64,000 bases of DNA from Podarcis liolepis (Eukaryota), in NCBI GenBank assembly GCA_965112155.1, contig OZ218101.1; one strand, given 5' to 3'. The notes under the pieces are model-generated. The model was not told where the DNA came from. It searched no databases and worked only from the letters and a program-made list of their open reading frames with translations. Positions 12,306-24,899 of this stretch are shown one piece after another (within the stretch, counting starts at the first letter, position 1; every line of letters begins with the position of its first letter). Made by a program: the position numbers and the translations under genes.

Positions 12306-13175
12306 GAGGTAAGCTGTAACCTTATCAGAAACAAACAAAAATCTGGTTTTGCAGAGGGAAAATATTTTTGGGAAACTGGGCGAGGTGAGTTTTGGCCCAG
12401 CCTTCGTGAGAAACCTCCTCCAAGGTGCTCATGGGAACACCGGAAGTCAGACCACTGGTCTATCTAGCCCATTATTCCCTACACGGCTGGCAGCTGTCCT
12501 TCAGTGTCATCTGAGGCCACGTACAGAAACAGATATCTGCATAGGTATCTGGCATGTGTTGACCTGTAAGAATAAATGAGCATGAGAAGTGTTCTGCCTT
12601 GCAGATTCCATACATGGATTATTCAGATAATGTATGAAAAGTGCACCAAGAACACTGTGGGAAAGGAATTGTGTAAGTCTTGTTTGGCCCTTCATTTTTA
12701 AGGTCAATATAGCTAACTACAGACACTTTCAGAGGCTTGAATTCTGACCCCTGCAAAGAGTGTTAGTAATGCCTGGCTCAGAGGTGGATTTGGGGCAGCA
12801 CATCTGGTTCCACAACACTGGACACCTAGTCCAGGGGGGCCACAGGGCATCACAACTATGACATAGTGAGTTGAGCTGAACAGAAGGCGGGAAGTGGGGG
12901 ACACCAATTTTGATCTCATATAGGGCACTTCCCCCGCCTGTCTTCTCTGCGGGGGGGCACCATTTCCGATTTCAGTGGGGGGGGGGAGGGAACACGAATC
13001 TAGTATATAAGCAAAATTCATGGCAAGATTCAATGGATGGATTCAAGACAAGACCTTCATAGAAGTATGTATCTGGAAGGAAATCTAACTGAGTTCAGTT
13101 TTAAAAGAAGTATTTTATCAACATCTGTGTAACTGTTTTATTTTTTAAAACTCCTAATAAAGCCACTTCCGAACC

Positions 13176-13926
13176 TGAGCAGGAGGTGGGGTTGCGGGCT
13201 TCACGCCCACCCCACATGAGCGGGGGCTGGTTTCAGCCCCCACGAGAGCAGGGGAATCCTGGCCGTGTTGTTCCCCACAGCCAGCCAATCGGGTGGCTGG
13301 GGGGTGGGGCCTGCCCTATTTAGGGCCGGCGCGGCCAGGCTCATCCTCTCTTGCTGGCTAGCCCCCACGTTTTGCCACCCTCCCTCCCTTTAGGTAGGTT
13401 TCTGACTTTGCTATGGACTTCGGTCTGTCGCCACAAGGGGCATGGTAGGAGTTTTTCCCCAATCGGCAATTTGCAGCCTTTTGGTTTTTCGCCCTCCTCG
13501 TAGCTACTCGTCACAACTCCTCGGCATTGGCGGTTAGGCATTGGTAAGAAGGGGTTAAGAGGATGTGAGGGGGGGAGGAACGCCATCACCTCCCCCCAGT
13601 GAGCGAAGGGTGGTCCCTTAAAGGACTCCGGGGGACGTGGCCCTGTCCAAAGCCTATGGAGGTGTGGGCCAAAGGCACGCCCCCGAGCGGTGACCCGGGG
13701 GAGCTCCTAGTTGACGTGCCTCAGCAGGAGACACTCTATGGTGTTAACCCTTCCCGTGTCTCCAGCCAATGGGCTGGAGCCGGATAGTCGATAGGACCAA
13801 TGCCTAAGCCAATGCCTCTCATTCCTGAATTCAATAAAGTTGTGGCCTAATTTGCCCATTTAACCTTAAATTATGGTGTCTCATGTATTTATTTATCCTT
13901 GGTGGGGGGCGGGAACTCGCCACGCA
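13176..13926 (+). mobile_element. LTR-like element (solo LTR or DIRS/Ngaro-type terminal repeat)
   Basis: Sharply bounded ~750-bp GC/CpG-rich block, TG...CA ends, TATTTA box ~13317, AATAAA ~13833; no clear TSD. Confidence 0.6.
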
Positions 13927-15674
13927 AATACATATGGCAACGGTCCAACAAAGACGGCAATTTGGCAGGAACAAGCTACCCAGTCAAAGTCACCATGTCG
14001 TCTCCTTACTCAGCTTGCTAGTTATTGCAGTTTTCTGGGATCCCAGCATGGGGAAGCAACTCAGACATGGGTTGTGTGCTGGTGGTCTAGTTCCAAACCC
14101 CAAAAGCACTCTTGTCTTGTTAACAGCAGTCCTTCTCCCAGGTGCCACATGACAAACAGCTTTGGGAAGTGAGGGGGAGTTTCAAAAGCACTTTGTGATA
14201 TGGCATTCAGGTTTGCTGTTGAAAGAGGGGGAAAGTCAAGAATCCCGCTGGGAACAAACTAGCCTTTAGGCATGCCTCCATCCTGGTCTCTATTGTTGTT
14301 TTGAGAACACTTGATCCTGGATCAAGCACTGCACTGCAAATGCAGCCTTGTTACTTGAAGCCTCAAGAGATCAAATTTGTTACCTTTAAAGAAGTGCTTC
14401 CTTTTTATTTTCTTCCCTTGGACGGTTTTCTTTTGTCACCCCTTTGTAATACAGGGAACATCTGAAACCAAAAACAATTTACGAGTGGCAATTATATAGC
14501 CTGCCAAAGCTATATTTCCCATTACCATCTGGCTTCTCTTATCCTTACAAGCTAGACATTGGAAAGATAAGCAATAGAATTAAAAAGAATAAATCTTTTG
14601 TTGATCTTGAGACAAATAATGATGGTATCATTATGAAAATGGAGCTTCTTCTTTTTTTAAAATGTCACACATAATTGTGCATAGCCAGAGTTAAATGAAC
14701 CGGTAAATGGATTGGTGTTAATAATTATATTGGATATGCATGAGATTTTGAGTATTAACTAATAAAAATGATTTATAATTTTTAGATAATTGTGCAAAAG
14801 AATATGAAAGAAGTTTTAACAAAATGTGACTTGTCACTTTTTAGAGGAGTTAATTAAATACATGTTAAACATAATAATAATTTATTAGATCAATGGTGGC
14901 TTTATGAATAAAATAAAATACAAAAGAAAGCCATTTATACTTTTTTTAACTGCAGTAAGTGTCAGGGACCTGTAAACATCGATCTTCATTCTTTATGTCT
15001 ACTCCAAGCTTATTTGGCTTTTTAGAATTTATATTTGGTCTCGCTCCCATTAATCTACACAAAGAATCCTGCATTTGCTTCTTATTATGGGCTTCTTGCT
15101 GAGATAGCTGATAGTTGCAATGGCGAAACAGAGAACACTGAAATTACTGAGCATTTCAAGCCTTCTGACCCTGGAGCTTTATGGAGATACTCAAGATTGA
15201 AGACAGAAAAGAAAAGGACAGGGGAGCGGGGGGGGGGGGGGAGAGAGAGACTAGCACTTTTGTTATTGTAATAAAATCCAAAACATTCTTATCACTTGGA
15301 GTTGGCGCTCAGGCTGTCAATCCAGGGAAGTGATAATTGCTTCAAATAATGGGTCTAATTTCCACAGGATATAAAACACATTTCAAATATCGGCTTTGAT
15401 TAATAAATGTGCACTAGACCTCTAAAGCAGTGCTTCCTAAACTTCTGATAGTTGTGGCACACCATTCAGAATGAATATTGGAAATGTGTAAGAAGAGAGA
15501 TGCCTCTGAGATTCAGATTTCCTGGCTTGGAAATACGAATCTCAGTGGATTGTAATAACATTTTAACTCTCAAATTCTTCTCTGGTTAGGATTTTAATAC
15601 AATGCAGAGACATTCAACTCTTTCATCGTCCTCACCCTTAGACCCCTTGCCTCCTACCACACTCAACAGCGTAC

Positions 15675-15900
15675 AATGAGCCTGCGGGATCAGGCCCATG
15701 GCCCCTCTCGTCCAACACTCTCACACTCTCAGAGCGGCCAACCAGATGTCTGTGGGAAACTCGTGAGCAACATTTGAGCCCCCTCCTCTGGTTTTCACAA
15801 CTGGTATTTGGAAGCATTGCCTCCCCCAACTGCAGAGGCAGAGCACAGCCATGGTGGCCAGCAGCCCTTGACAGCCCTCTTCACTTAATTGCTGGTCTAA
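15675..15900 (-). mobile_element. Old CR1/L3-type 3' UTR fragment
   Basis: GAGCCTGCGGGATCAGGCCCATGGCCCCTCTCGTCCAAC..GGCCAACCAGATG is the reverse-orientation counterpart of the tail at ~54960-55170. Confidence 0.5.
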
Positions 15901-16441
15901 TGGCAAGACGTCAGAGGGAGGGAGCTCTCTCCCCACTCCAGCACCTGGCATGCACCATAGATGCCAGCAGAACTGGGCTTTAGGTTTTTCCAAGGGCTTC
16001 AATAGCTATGGTAGACAGGAACAGCTAGTAAGGAGGGGTGGGGGCACCTGACCTCACTGTGGCCTGCCAGGAATGAGTGGAGAGGGGCTGAGGCACAGTG
16101 CCAGCCACCCCACTCCACCCCCATTGCCTCCCCCTGCCTTCTATAAGCCGCAAAGAGTGTGGCTGCTGTCACATGCTTCTAGGAGCCACAGGTGAGAGTT
16201 GAGTGCAGGGTGGGAACCAAAGGTGGGCAAACTACCCCAGAAGGAGTACAAATTGTCCCCCACCAGAGGTACCACCCCTCCCCTAACACCTCATCAATTG
16301 TAGTATTGTGCTGGTTCTTACTTCCTTGATTTTTAGTATACTGTAGTTTTATTATTTTTGCTTTAAATAATTTTAATGCATTTGTCACTCAGAGAACATG
16401 TTATAGATAACCCATGAAAAATAAAATAAAGAAATGAGATA

Positions 16442-16798
16442 AAAGGTAAAGGTAAAGGGACCCCTGACCGTTAGGTCCAGTCGTGACCGACTCTGAGGTT
16501 GCGGCGCTCATCTTGCTTTACTGGCCGAGGAAGCCGGCGTACAGCTTCCGGGTCATGTGGCCAGAATGACTAAGCCGCTTCTGGCGAACCAGAGCAGCGC
16601 ATGGAAACACCGTTTACCTTCCCGCCAGAGGGGTACCTATTTATCTACTTGCACTTTGACGTGCTTTCAAACTGCTAGGTTGGCAGGAGCAGGGACCGAG
16701 CAATGGGAGCTCACCCCGTCGTGGGGATTTGAACCGCCGACCTTCTGATCGGCAAGCCCTAGGCTCAGTGGTTTAACCCACAGCGCCACCCGTGTCCC
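16442..16798 (-). mobile_element. Sauria SINE, full length
   Basis: (ACCTTT)n tail on minus strand, tRNA-like head GGGACACGGGTGGCGCTGTGGGTTAAACC; TSD AATGAGATA (16433-16441 / 16800-16808). Confidence 0.95.
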
Positions 16799-18024
16799 CA
16801 ATGAGATAGAAACACTCTTTTTGTCACCAGCTTTTGAAACATCCCACTGCAGAGTGTAAGGGGATGATTCAGGCAAGACAAGCACATTTAAGTTTCAGTG
16901 TTTTGGACAGGAAAGATTTAAGTGCATACAGAACTTTCTTATTGAAATCAATGGAACTAAACAGTGGTTTACTTTGCCTGGATCATGGCCTTTGTTCAGA
17001 GCAAAGGAGCATCACAGAATAGCAGTTATCTTAGCTGCCCTGCCCTCTTGTGTCTGATAAAAAACAAAAAGGCAGGAAATATAGTCTACAAATAAATATA
17101 GCTAGACTGTATCTATATTGATATGACTTGGAACCTATGTACAGTAGTACCATTGTTAATAAAAATAGCTGTCTGTAAGGAAGTGAGTCTATAAGGAATT
17201 TGTACTAGATGCACTAAATGAAATTGTGTTAAATTTTTGCAATAAGCCCAGAACAATGGAATAAATACAGATATAGCATTCCAAAGCAAGATCAAGGACA
17301 GTTCTGTTGTCAAACATTTCTCCCCAGCAGTGCATAATGAAAAGGATTTGCATTGTGTAAGTGCAGAAAATATCATTACAAATCAACTTAAATGCTGATC
17401 TCCATGCAGCCAACAAACAAAAGGCACTTTAAAGGATATACTAACAAAGACGTTGCAGGCTTTGTGGGGTTTAATTTACAAAATGTGTATCACCTTAGCA
17501 CACGCCACATCTTCAGACATGAGAATCATGACTTCATCTCAGAGCAAGTAGCTTCTTGGCCTAACAACAAACGCACAGAACAAATGATAAGGCCAACTAG
17601 GAATGAGCTAAAACTGTTCACTTGTGATTACTTTTCATCAACATGTCTTTGAGGGTTGTTCATTATTCCTTGTGAAAACACATGTTTATTATTTGCATCC
17701 ACAACCAGAAATAAAGACAATGAAATTGAGTTACCGTAACTAAGGTCACAACTTTGTAACAGTCAATCTGCAGCAAAAACCTGAAAGCTATGTGGACAGA
17801 GGCTTTGACACCTCTTTCTGACCTGCCAAGCCAATCCTGAACACAAAAACTATATGTTTGAGTGTGTGCCCAATTGGCCATATCTTGGTTGAAGATGACT
17901 TGTGCAACTCCCCCTCCCCCAAGTCTCAAGACTCTCCCAAGTCTCCAAAGAGCTTTGGACAGACTTTGAAGTGGGATCCTTTCCCTACACCGGAATCCCA
18001 AGGCCATTGGAGCAGGTCTCAGAA

Positions 18025-19140
18025 TCCCCATTTAACCTCTGTTTAAAAAGCTCCAAGGAAGGAGAGTCCACCACCTCTTGTAGGAGTCTGTTCCACTGCT
18101 GAACAGCTCTTACCGTCAGAAGGTTTTTCCAAATGTTTAGTCAGATTCTCCTTTTTTATAACTTGAAGTCTTGAGTCATACCCTCAAGAGCAGGAGAAAA
18201 CAAGCTTGTTCCCTCTTCCATGTGATAGCCCTTAAGATATTTGAAGATGGCTTTCATATCTCCTCTCAGTCTCCTCTTTTCCAGGCCAAACATACCCAGC
18301 TCCTTCAAGCGCTTGGTTTCCAGACCCTTGAACATCTTGGTTGCCCTCTTCTGCTCACCTTCCAGCTTGTCAACATCCTTCTTAAATTGTGGTGCCCAGA
18401 ATTGGACACAGTATTCTAGGTGGGGCCTGACCAAGCCAAAATAGAGCAGGACTATTACCTCCTTTGATCTAGACACTATACTTCTGTTGATGCAGCCTAG
18501 ACTACAATAAGCCTTTTTTGCTGCTGCATCACACTGTTCTCATGTTAAGCTTGTGGTCACCAAGACCCCTTGATCCTTTTCACATGTACTGCTAGTAAGC
18601 CAGGTGTTTGGCATCCTATATTTGTGCATCTGATTCTGCTTGCCTAAGTGCAGAACCTTACATTTGTCTTTATTGAACTTCCTTTTGTTAGCTTGCACCC
18701 AATTCTCCAATTTGTTATGGTCATTTTGAATTCTAATTCTGTCTTCTGCGGCATTAGCTACCCCTCCCAGTTTGGTGTCATCTGCAAATTTGATGAGCAT
18801 CCCTTCAATTACTTCATCCAAGTCATTTCAAAAGACGCTAAATAATAACGGGCCTGGGACAGAACCCTGCAGTGCCCCACTTGTCACCTTTTCCCCAGGA
18901 CGATGAGGAACCATTAATGGTTTGGTCAGTCTTTGGGTTTGGTCAGTCAACCAGCTACAAATCTACCTAGCAGTTACCTCATTCAACCCATATTTTACCA
19001 GCTTCCACATAAGAATATCATGGGGGACTTCGTCAAAAGCCTTACTGAAATCAAGATACACTATGACCACAGCATTTCCCAAGTTTGTAATTCCATCAAA
19101 AATGGAAATCACATTGGTCTGGCATGACTTGTTTTTGAGA
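18025..19140 (-). mobile_element. CR1 LINE ORF2 (RT) 3' portion, degenerate
   Basis: Minus ORFs with [48 protein letters not shown]. Confidence 0.95.
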
Positions 19141-20867
19141 ATAGCCCCAGCTCTGCCCCTGATAAGAGATGCCATAGCATCATCATCATTGTCATCACTC
19201 TGTTGGGATGCTACCTTTCCACACACAAAAATTATGCTCAAAGAATGTGTAACAGCATAGAACAAAACCACATTTTATTACTATAGAGGTAGTAACATTA
19301 CACCTTCTGGCAGTAGCAAAAATAGCAAGGGAGTCTGAACAGTTTCAGCTTGGTCCTAGCCACTACTTATATGTCTACTTCAAATTAGCCAGGAACAAGT
19401 TAGTCTAATGCCATAGCAACTTCTCAGCTTCTCGTGTCCCTTCAGCAGCAGCATTCAGGCAACATTAAGGCTTTCCAAGGTCAGGGCCGGGGAGCTGGAA
19501 AGACCCCTCAATGATGCTACACTGGACAGTGCCTAACTTATCGTGGGTGACACAAAGCATCTTCCACCACCCCACTCACTTCATGAAGCTTTAGGGGAAT
19601 AATAAGGGAGGAGACATTTAATTTTCTCTCTTGGCCTCATTGTCTTTATTTTCCTTTAGTGACATCTTCATACAGCAAAACTGAATTGTTTGTGTGCAGT
19701 ATAACAGTGGTATCATCCCTTTCATCTGGTTCCTGTTGTGAAGGATCTTGTATGTGATAAATCTGGGAAGGAGAAAGCAGGAGGGTGGGAGGGAGAGGAG
19801 TGGTACCCAAGCAGCTTACCAAGGAGGGGTTTGGGGAGGCGTCTGGCATAACTTTATGTGAGCTTAACTTACACCACCTTGCTTTACACCAGCTTCTATG
19901 TATATGATTGTTCCCTTAGGCTTTTCACAAGCCAAAATCTTTTTGTTGCCTTTCTTTCATTTTCCATCTTGTAGCCTTGTAATTTTATGCCTTACATTTC
20001 CCCCTCTCTAGTGATTTGGCCTTGAGAAAGAAGTGGAAAATGGTAACATGAGTCTTGAAAAATCAAGTTCCACTTCAAATAATGCATTTCGGTGAGAAAG
20101 TGATATACATTTAATGCAGTGTGGCACCCTTCATTGCTGAGCCAAGTTTTTTTGCAACTTCAGGAACCTCATCTCTCTCTTAAGTCATTCCCTTTGAGTT
20201 TTAGAGGGTGCAGTTAGTTCCCTGATGTGACTTAGTTCCCTGATGTCAACGAAAGTTAAGCAGGCTAATGGTGTTCAGAATCCCCAGTCCACTGCAATGT
20301 TCTCCTTCATAAGCCCCATTGAAACAAATGGGAACAACCTCTTCATTTCAGGAACCCTATAACATGAGAACTTCCTACTGCTTTGTGCCCAAAGATTTTT
20401 CCCCTCCTTTGCATATGTAAAGTTCTTGATTATAGGTTTTAATAACACCTTTTTTAAAACACTACTTCCTTAAAAAATAAGCCTAAGCCCTATAATGTAA
20501 CATTCACCTTCAAAAGTATATTCAGTCCCACTCATTCCAGTACATCTTGTTTCAAAGTCATATTATAATTTAGCTTTTTAAAGAATTCTTGATTGCTGGT
20601 ATTTAATTTTTTTTTAACAGTCTTTAAACAGGATTTCAGAAGCATCTCTCTAAAAGAAAGCTAATCCATATAATTTGCCATTCACCTTCAAAGCATATTA
20701 GATTGCCCTGTTCTTTTTGTTACAGAACATAAAAGTGTAAGGACAAAAATGACTGCATAGTATTTCAGTCAAGATTGCTTCTGGAAACTAAGGAAAGTCC
20801 ATCATTGTTATGAGAAATACAGTTATCAAGGAAAAGCGGGATTCAGAAACAGATTTCTGAAGTGTAC

Positions 20868-21101
20868 CTTTTCCCCAGAAGATACAAAGCAGTAGTAATA
20901 GGGCAGGAAAAAATACAGCGCCTCCTTCCATCGATTGTATTTTGTGGAGAAATAATTGTCTTGAGTTTCATATAATATGATTGTCTGAGATCAAGTACAC
21001 AGGATTTTAGAAAATGTCAGTGTATACATAGCTCATTGTAAACAAGAAACAGATCCAACTAATCCGACAGGTTTCTGGAAATGATCCACAACCTCCGATG
21101 T
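20868..21101 (-). other. Candidate exon ending in a signal-peptide-like ORF (MEGGAVFFPALLLLLCIFWGK, 20931-20868)
   Basis: Acceptor ctcttccttacag, donor AAG|gtacac; hydrophobic 21-codon ORF ending at a phase-1 donor. Confidence 0.3.
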
Positions 21102-21311
21102 CTGTAAGGAAGAGCTGCCATCTTCTGTCTGAACTGAAACCACCAGAAGGAGACACATTTGCAAAAAGCAAGCTGTCGTGTGCTTAACACAGCAGTATTA
21201 GGCTGTTGTTTTTCACCCTCAACTGTGGGCTCTTAATATGTCACTTCACCTAATTAGGAACTGGAAATGAAATACAAACTAAAAGCAGACATAAATCTGG
21301 CATGCTCATAC

Positions 21312-21392
21312 CTCTGTTTTGCAATCTCAGGGCCCGTTCATGCCATTTCTACATGCTTTTTCTTTGAAGATGAAGAATCGCAGTAATTGAGC
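21312..21392 (-). other. Candidate 81-nt exon
   Basis: Acceptor gttgtttctgtatag (next to a TG repeat), donor GAG|gtatga; a stop occurs in each frame, so terminal-coding or non-coding. Confidence 0.35.
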
Positions 21393-21406
21393 CTATACAG
21401 AAACAA

Positions 21407-21407
<1 letters not shown>

Positions 21408-21450
<43 letters not shown>
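21408..21450. repeat. (CA)n microsatellite
   Basis: Direct inspection. Confidence 0.95.
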
Positions 21451-21452
<2 letters not shown>

Positions 21453-22100
21453 CAGCAACATCTCATATCACATCACAGCTGAGACACATGAACAAGATTG
21501 AGAGCTGGGCTATCCCACCTTTCTAGTGATTTAAATTCAACTATGTTCATATTTAAAGGCTAATCAACCACATTTGCACTTTCCAAAACAATATGCAAAA
21601 AAATTTTTTTTAAAAAAAACACAGCCACCCTTAATATTTTGCATCTGTCCAAATTTTCCTGTACAGTTCTCCAGCCAAGTAATGGGTACAAGAATGCATA
21701 GGCTACAATAAGTTGTGCATTAAAACACATAAATTAATATACAAAAATGTTTTGTAGTAGAGGAAATGACTTGGGGGTATATATTAGAAGAAATTCTCAC
21801 TAAAGCCTTAATGAATTTTCATTTTTTTTAATATTAAAAAACCCAAACTGATTAAATGCAACAATTCAGTAAAAAGTAAAAAGCAAAAAGCAGAAACAGA
21901 ATAAAACAGAATTAGTCTGAATGAGTATTTAGAAAGTGTAAGCAGTTTCATAATTCTGTCCCACCCAAATCAGTAGCATATTCACCCAGAGATGCCTGAG
22001 TCTGTGACCCCAGCTGCCACCCCCACTTCCTACACACAAATAGGCAGTTCTGGGTGTGAAGGGAGAGTCACACATCTCCACGGTGAAACACATATGAACC

Positions 22101-22200
22101 TGTATCTGAAGAAGTGTGCATGCACATGAAAGCTCATACCAGTAACAAACTTAGCTGGTCTCTAAGGTGCCATTGGAAGGATTTTTATTTTATTTTATGT
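22101..22200 (+). mobile_element. Penelope-like pLTR fragment with minimal hammerhead ribozyme (22102-22139)
   Basis: GTAT-CTGAAGA-AGTGTGCATGCACAT-GAAA-GCTC-ATAC; near-identical to the pLTR at 47966-48060. Confidence 0.85.
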
Positions 22201-22855
22201 CCTCTTTTGGGGGGGCAACATGCCCATCTGGGTGGATTTCACATTTCAAAGGAAATTTCTGGGTTTGGTTCTTTTTTTATTATTATTTGGGAGGTTGGGG
22301 TGGGGCACAGCGCCACAGTGGAGCAAGACCATCACAGCAAAGGTCAGGTAGGAGCTGGGGTCCTGCCTCCACTTGGGCTGGCAGTGGCTTGGACTTGGGC
22401 TCAGGCAGCTCTGCATACCTTGGCTGCTGCCAACCCGGGCCAGGGAAAGAGGCATGTGGACATAGAGGCAGCAGCCCCTTGTGCCTGCGTCTCTGTCCCC
22501 GGCTCAGGCTGGCAGCAGCAGCAGCTCAGGCTGTCTTCTTTTTGCTCTTCAAGATATGGCAACCCTACTCTAGACCTGCTTTTCATGGGGAGGCCCAAGA
22601 TGGCTGGTCCTTCCTCAGGCTGCCCACAGCTGCATCTCATTCACAGCTCTCCCCCCCCCTCCGTCCTCTCCTCCTCCTCCTCCTGCTCCTCCAGCTGCTC
22701 CTCCTTAGTCATGACTAGCATAAGTCCTTGATTTCAATAGTGCCTGCAGCTAACTTCTAATGTTGTATTTTAATGCTATAACCTGCCCTGGGAACTTAGT
22801 GTAAAGGATGGTAATCAACAACAACAACAACAACAACAACAACTCTGGGTCCCAC

Positions 22856-22939
22856 CCCTTGTGTCTTTCTTCTTGCAAAAACAGCTTCTGTTTCTCTATC
22901 AGTCTAGTGTAATTTTGCTGTGTGTGACTTGGGAACAAA
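22856..22939 (-). other. Candidate 84-nt exon (LFPSHTQQNYTRLIEKQKLFLQEERHK, phase 2-2)
   Basis: Very strong acceptor ttcttctctctttctcttttactcag, donor GGG|gtggga, open frame. Confidence 0.4.
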
Positions 22940-23774
22940 CTGAGTAAAAGAGAAAGAGAGAAGAACTTTCAAATTCACCATAAAAACAACTGCATATAAT
23001 TTACACTTTGTAAAGTTCATCTTCAAGCTGCATAAACTGAAGTGCCATAATGGAAACAAATGAACTTCCACTCAAATTATACTCAACACTCATGTTAACA
23101 TAACAGATTCTGTCTCCTTCATGTTCCTACTTCAACAATTCTCCTGCTTTGACCTTTTTCAGCAAATGAAACTCCTTAAATTTTCAACACCCACTTCTGA
23201 GCAAAACAGCCTAGAGTGGGGGGCAGGAGTACTTGACAAACTGGTTTAAGATATAAGGGGGATTCTGTTCATTGATTCTCTGCAATTCTTCACACCAGTA
23301 ATCTTTCATTTCAATGCCTTCTAAAAATTTCTAATGTATTTTGGGATAATTCATCTCTGATGGGGTTCCATTGATTTCAAAGGTATCACATCAGGGATTA
23401 ATTTTGTCCAATATGCTTACCGCAACACTCAATTATCACTTCAGCTCACAGCCATTTGTAGCATTAGAAGAATTCTGTTCTTGTAAATCCCACACACCTC
23501 ATAATCCTGTCTGTGACTTCTGTTTCTCAATTGTATGGAATGTTATCACATTCTGTTGACTGAAGTCTTTTGTGATCTGATGTTATGTCAAAAGTACACT
23601 AATCCCCTGATAATTCACTGTAATGTCTAGTGTAGTCCTTTCTATGCAGTAAACAAAAAAGCCAAAATTTGACTGACCATGGCATTCTAACTAGTGCAGA
23701 AGCAAAACTATTTACCTCATTTCATGTTCCTTATTATTAGTGTTAAGAAGTTACTTTCATTCTCCTAGTTACAG

Positions 23775-24665
23775 AATCATAATAATAGAATTGTAGAGTT
23801 GGAAGAGACCCCAAGGGTCATCTAGTCCAACCCCCTGCAATGCAGGAATCTCAACTCAAGCTTCAGTGACAGATGGCCGTCCAGTCTCTGTTTAAAAACC
23901 TCCAGGGAAGGAGACTCCACCAGCGTCTGAGGGAGTCTGTTCTACTGTCAAACAGCTCTTACCATCAGCTCTGAAGTTTAGTCATGTTCTCCTTTCTTGT
24001 ACAGTGGTGCCTTGAGTTACAAACACCTCAGGCTACAAACTCTGCTAACCTGGAAGAGTTACCTCAAGTTGAGAACTTTGCCCCAGGATGAGAACGGAAA
24101 TCATGTGCCAGTGGTGCAGCGGCAGCAAGAGGCCCCATTAGTGAAAGCACGCCTCTAGTTGAGAACAGTTTCAGGTTAAGAACGGACCTCCGGAATGAAT
24201 TAAGTTCGTAACTAGAGGTACCACTGTAACTTGAAACCATTCATTCGAGCCCTACCCTCTGGAGCAGGAGAAAAACAGCTTGTTCCCTCCTCCATGTGAC
24301 AGCCCTTCACATATCTGAATATATCTCCTCTCAGGCTCTTCTTTTCCATACCCAACGCCAGCATTAGCTACCACTCCCATTTTGACATCATCTGCAAATG
24401 TGATTAGCATCTCCTCAGTTACTTCACCCAAGTTGTTTAGAAGGACATTGAAGAAGAACTGGCCCAGGACAGAACACTGTGGCACCCCCCCCCCCATTTG
24501 CCATTTTTTTACAGGATGATGAGGAACCATTTGTGAGCGTTCTTTGGGTTTGGTCAGTCAACCAGCTACAAATCCACCTAACAGAAACCTCATTCAGCCC
24601 CCATTTTACCAGCTTCTCCAGAAGAATATCATGGAGGACTTTGTCAAAAGCCTTACTGGAGTCTA
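23775..24665 (-). mobile_element. CR1 LINE 3' portion, internally deleted and interrupted by a MITE
   Basis: CR1 tail at ~23775-23850; minus peptides GVPQCSVLG, LITFADDVKMG. Confidence 0.9.
24002..24226. mobile_element. Tc1/mariner-pogo-type MITE, family A
   Basis: TA|CAGTGGTG...TACCACTG|TA; inserted at a TA in the CR1; same family as 42610, 56177, 57491. Confidence 0.9.
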
Positions 24666-24899
24666 GATATAAAATCTGAACCCAGATTAGAATGGAACTA
24701 AATAATCTGTGTCATCTAGGAAGGCTTGCAGCTGCCCCACCATAACCCTCTCCACCACCTTCCCCCAAAATATGTCATTTGTGACTTGTCAATAGTTGTC
24801 CCAGTCTAAGAGCAGATTTTTTAAAAAAGAAAAAATCCTATTTTAAAAAAAATATTTTTATTAAGTTTTACATAACAAATTTAAATTCAAACACTGTTA

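Noticed and set aside
22114-22731. Overlapping 205-aa and 183-aa ORFs
   Set aside because: They span a Penelope fragment and a GC-rich low-complexity repeat; open in several frames with no protein-like motif.
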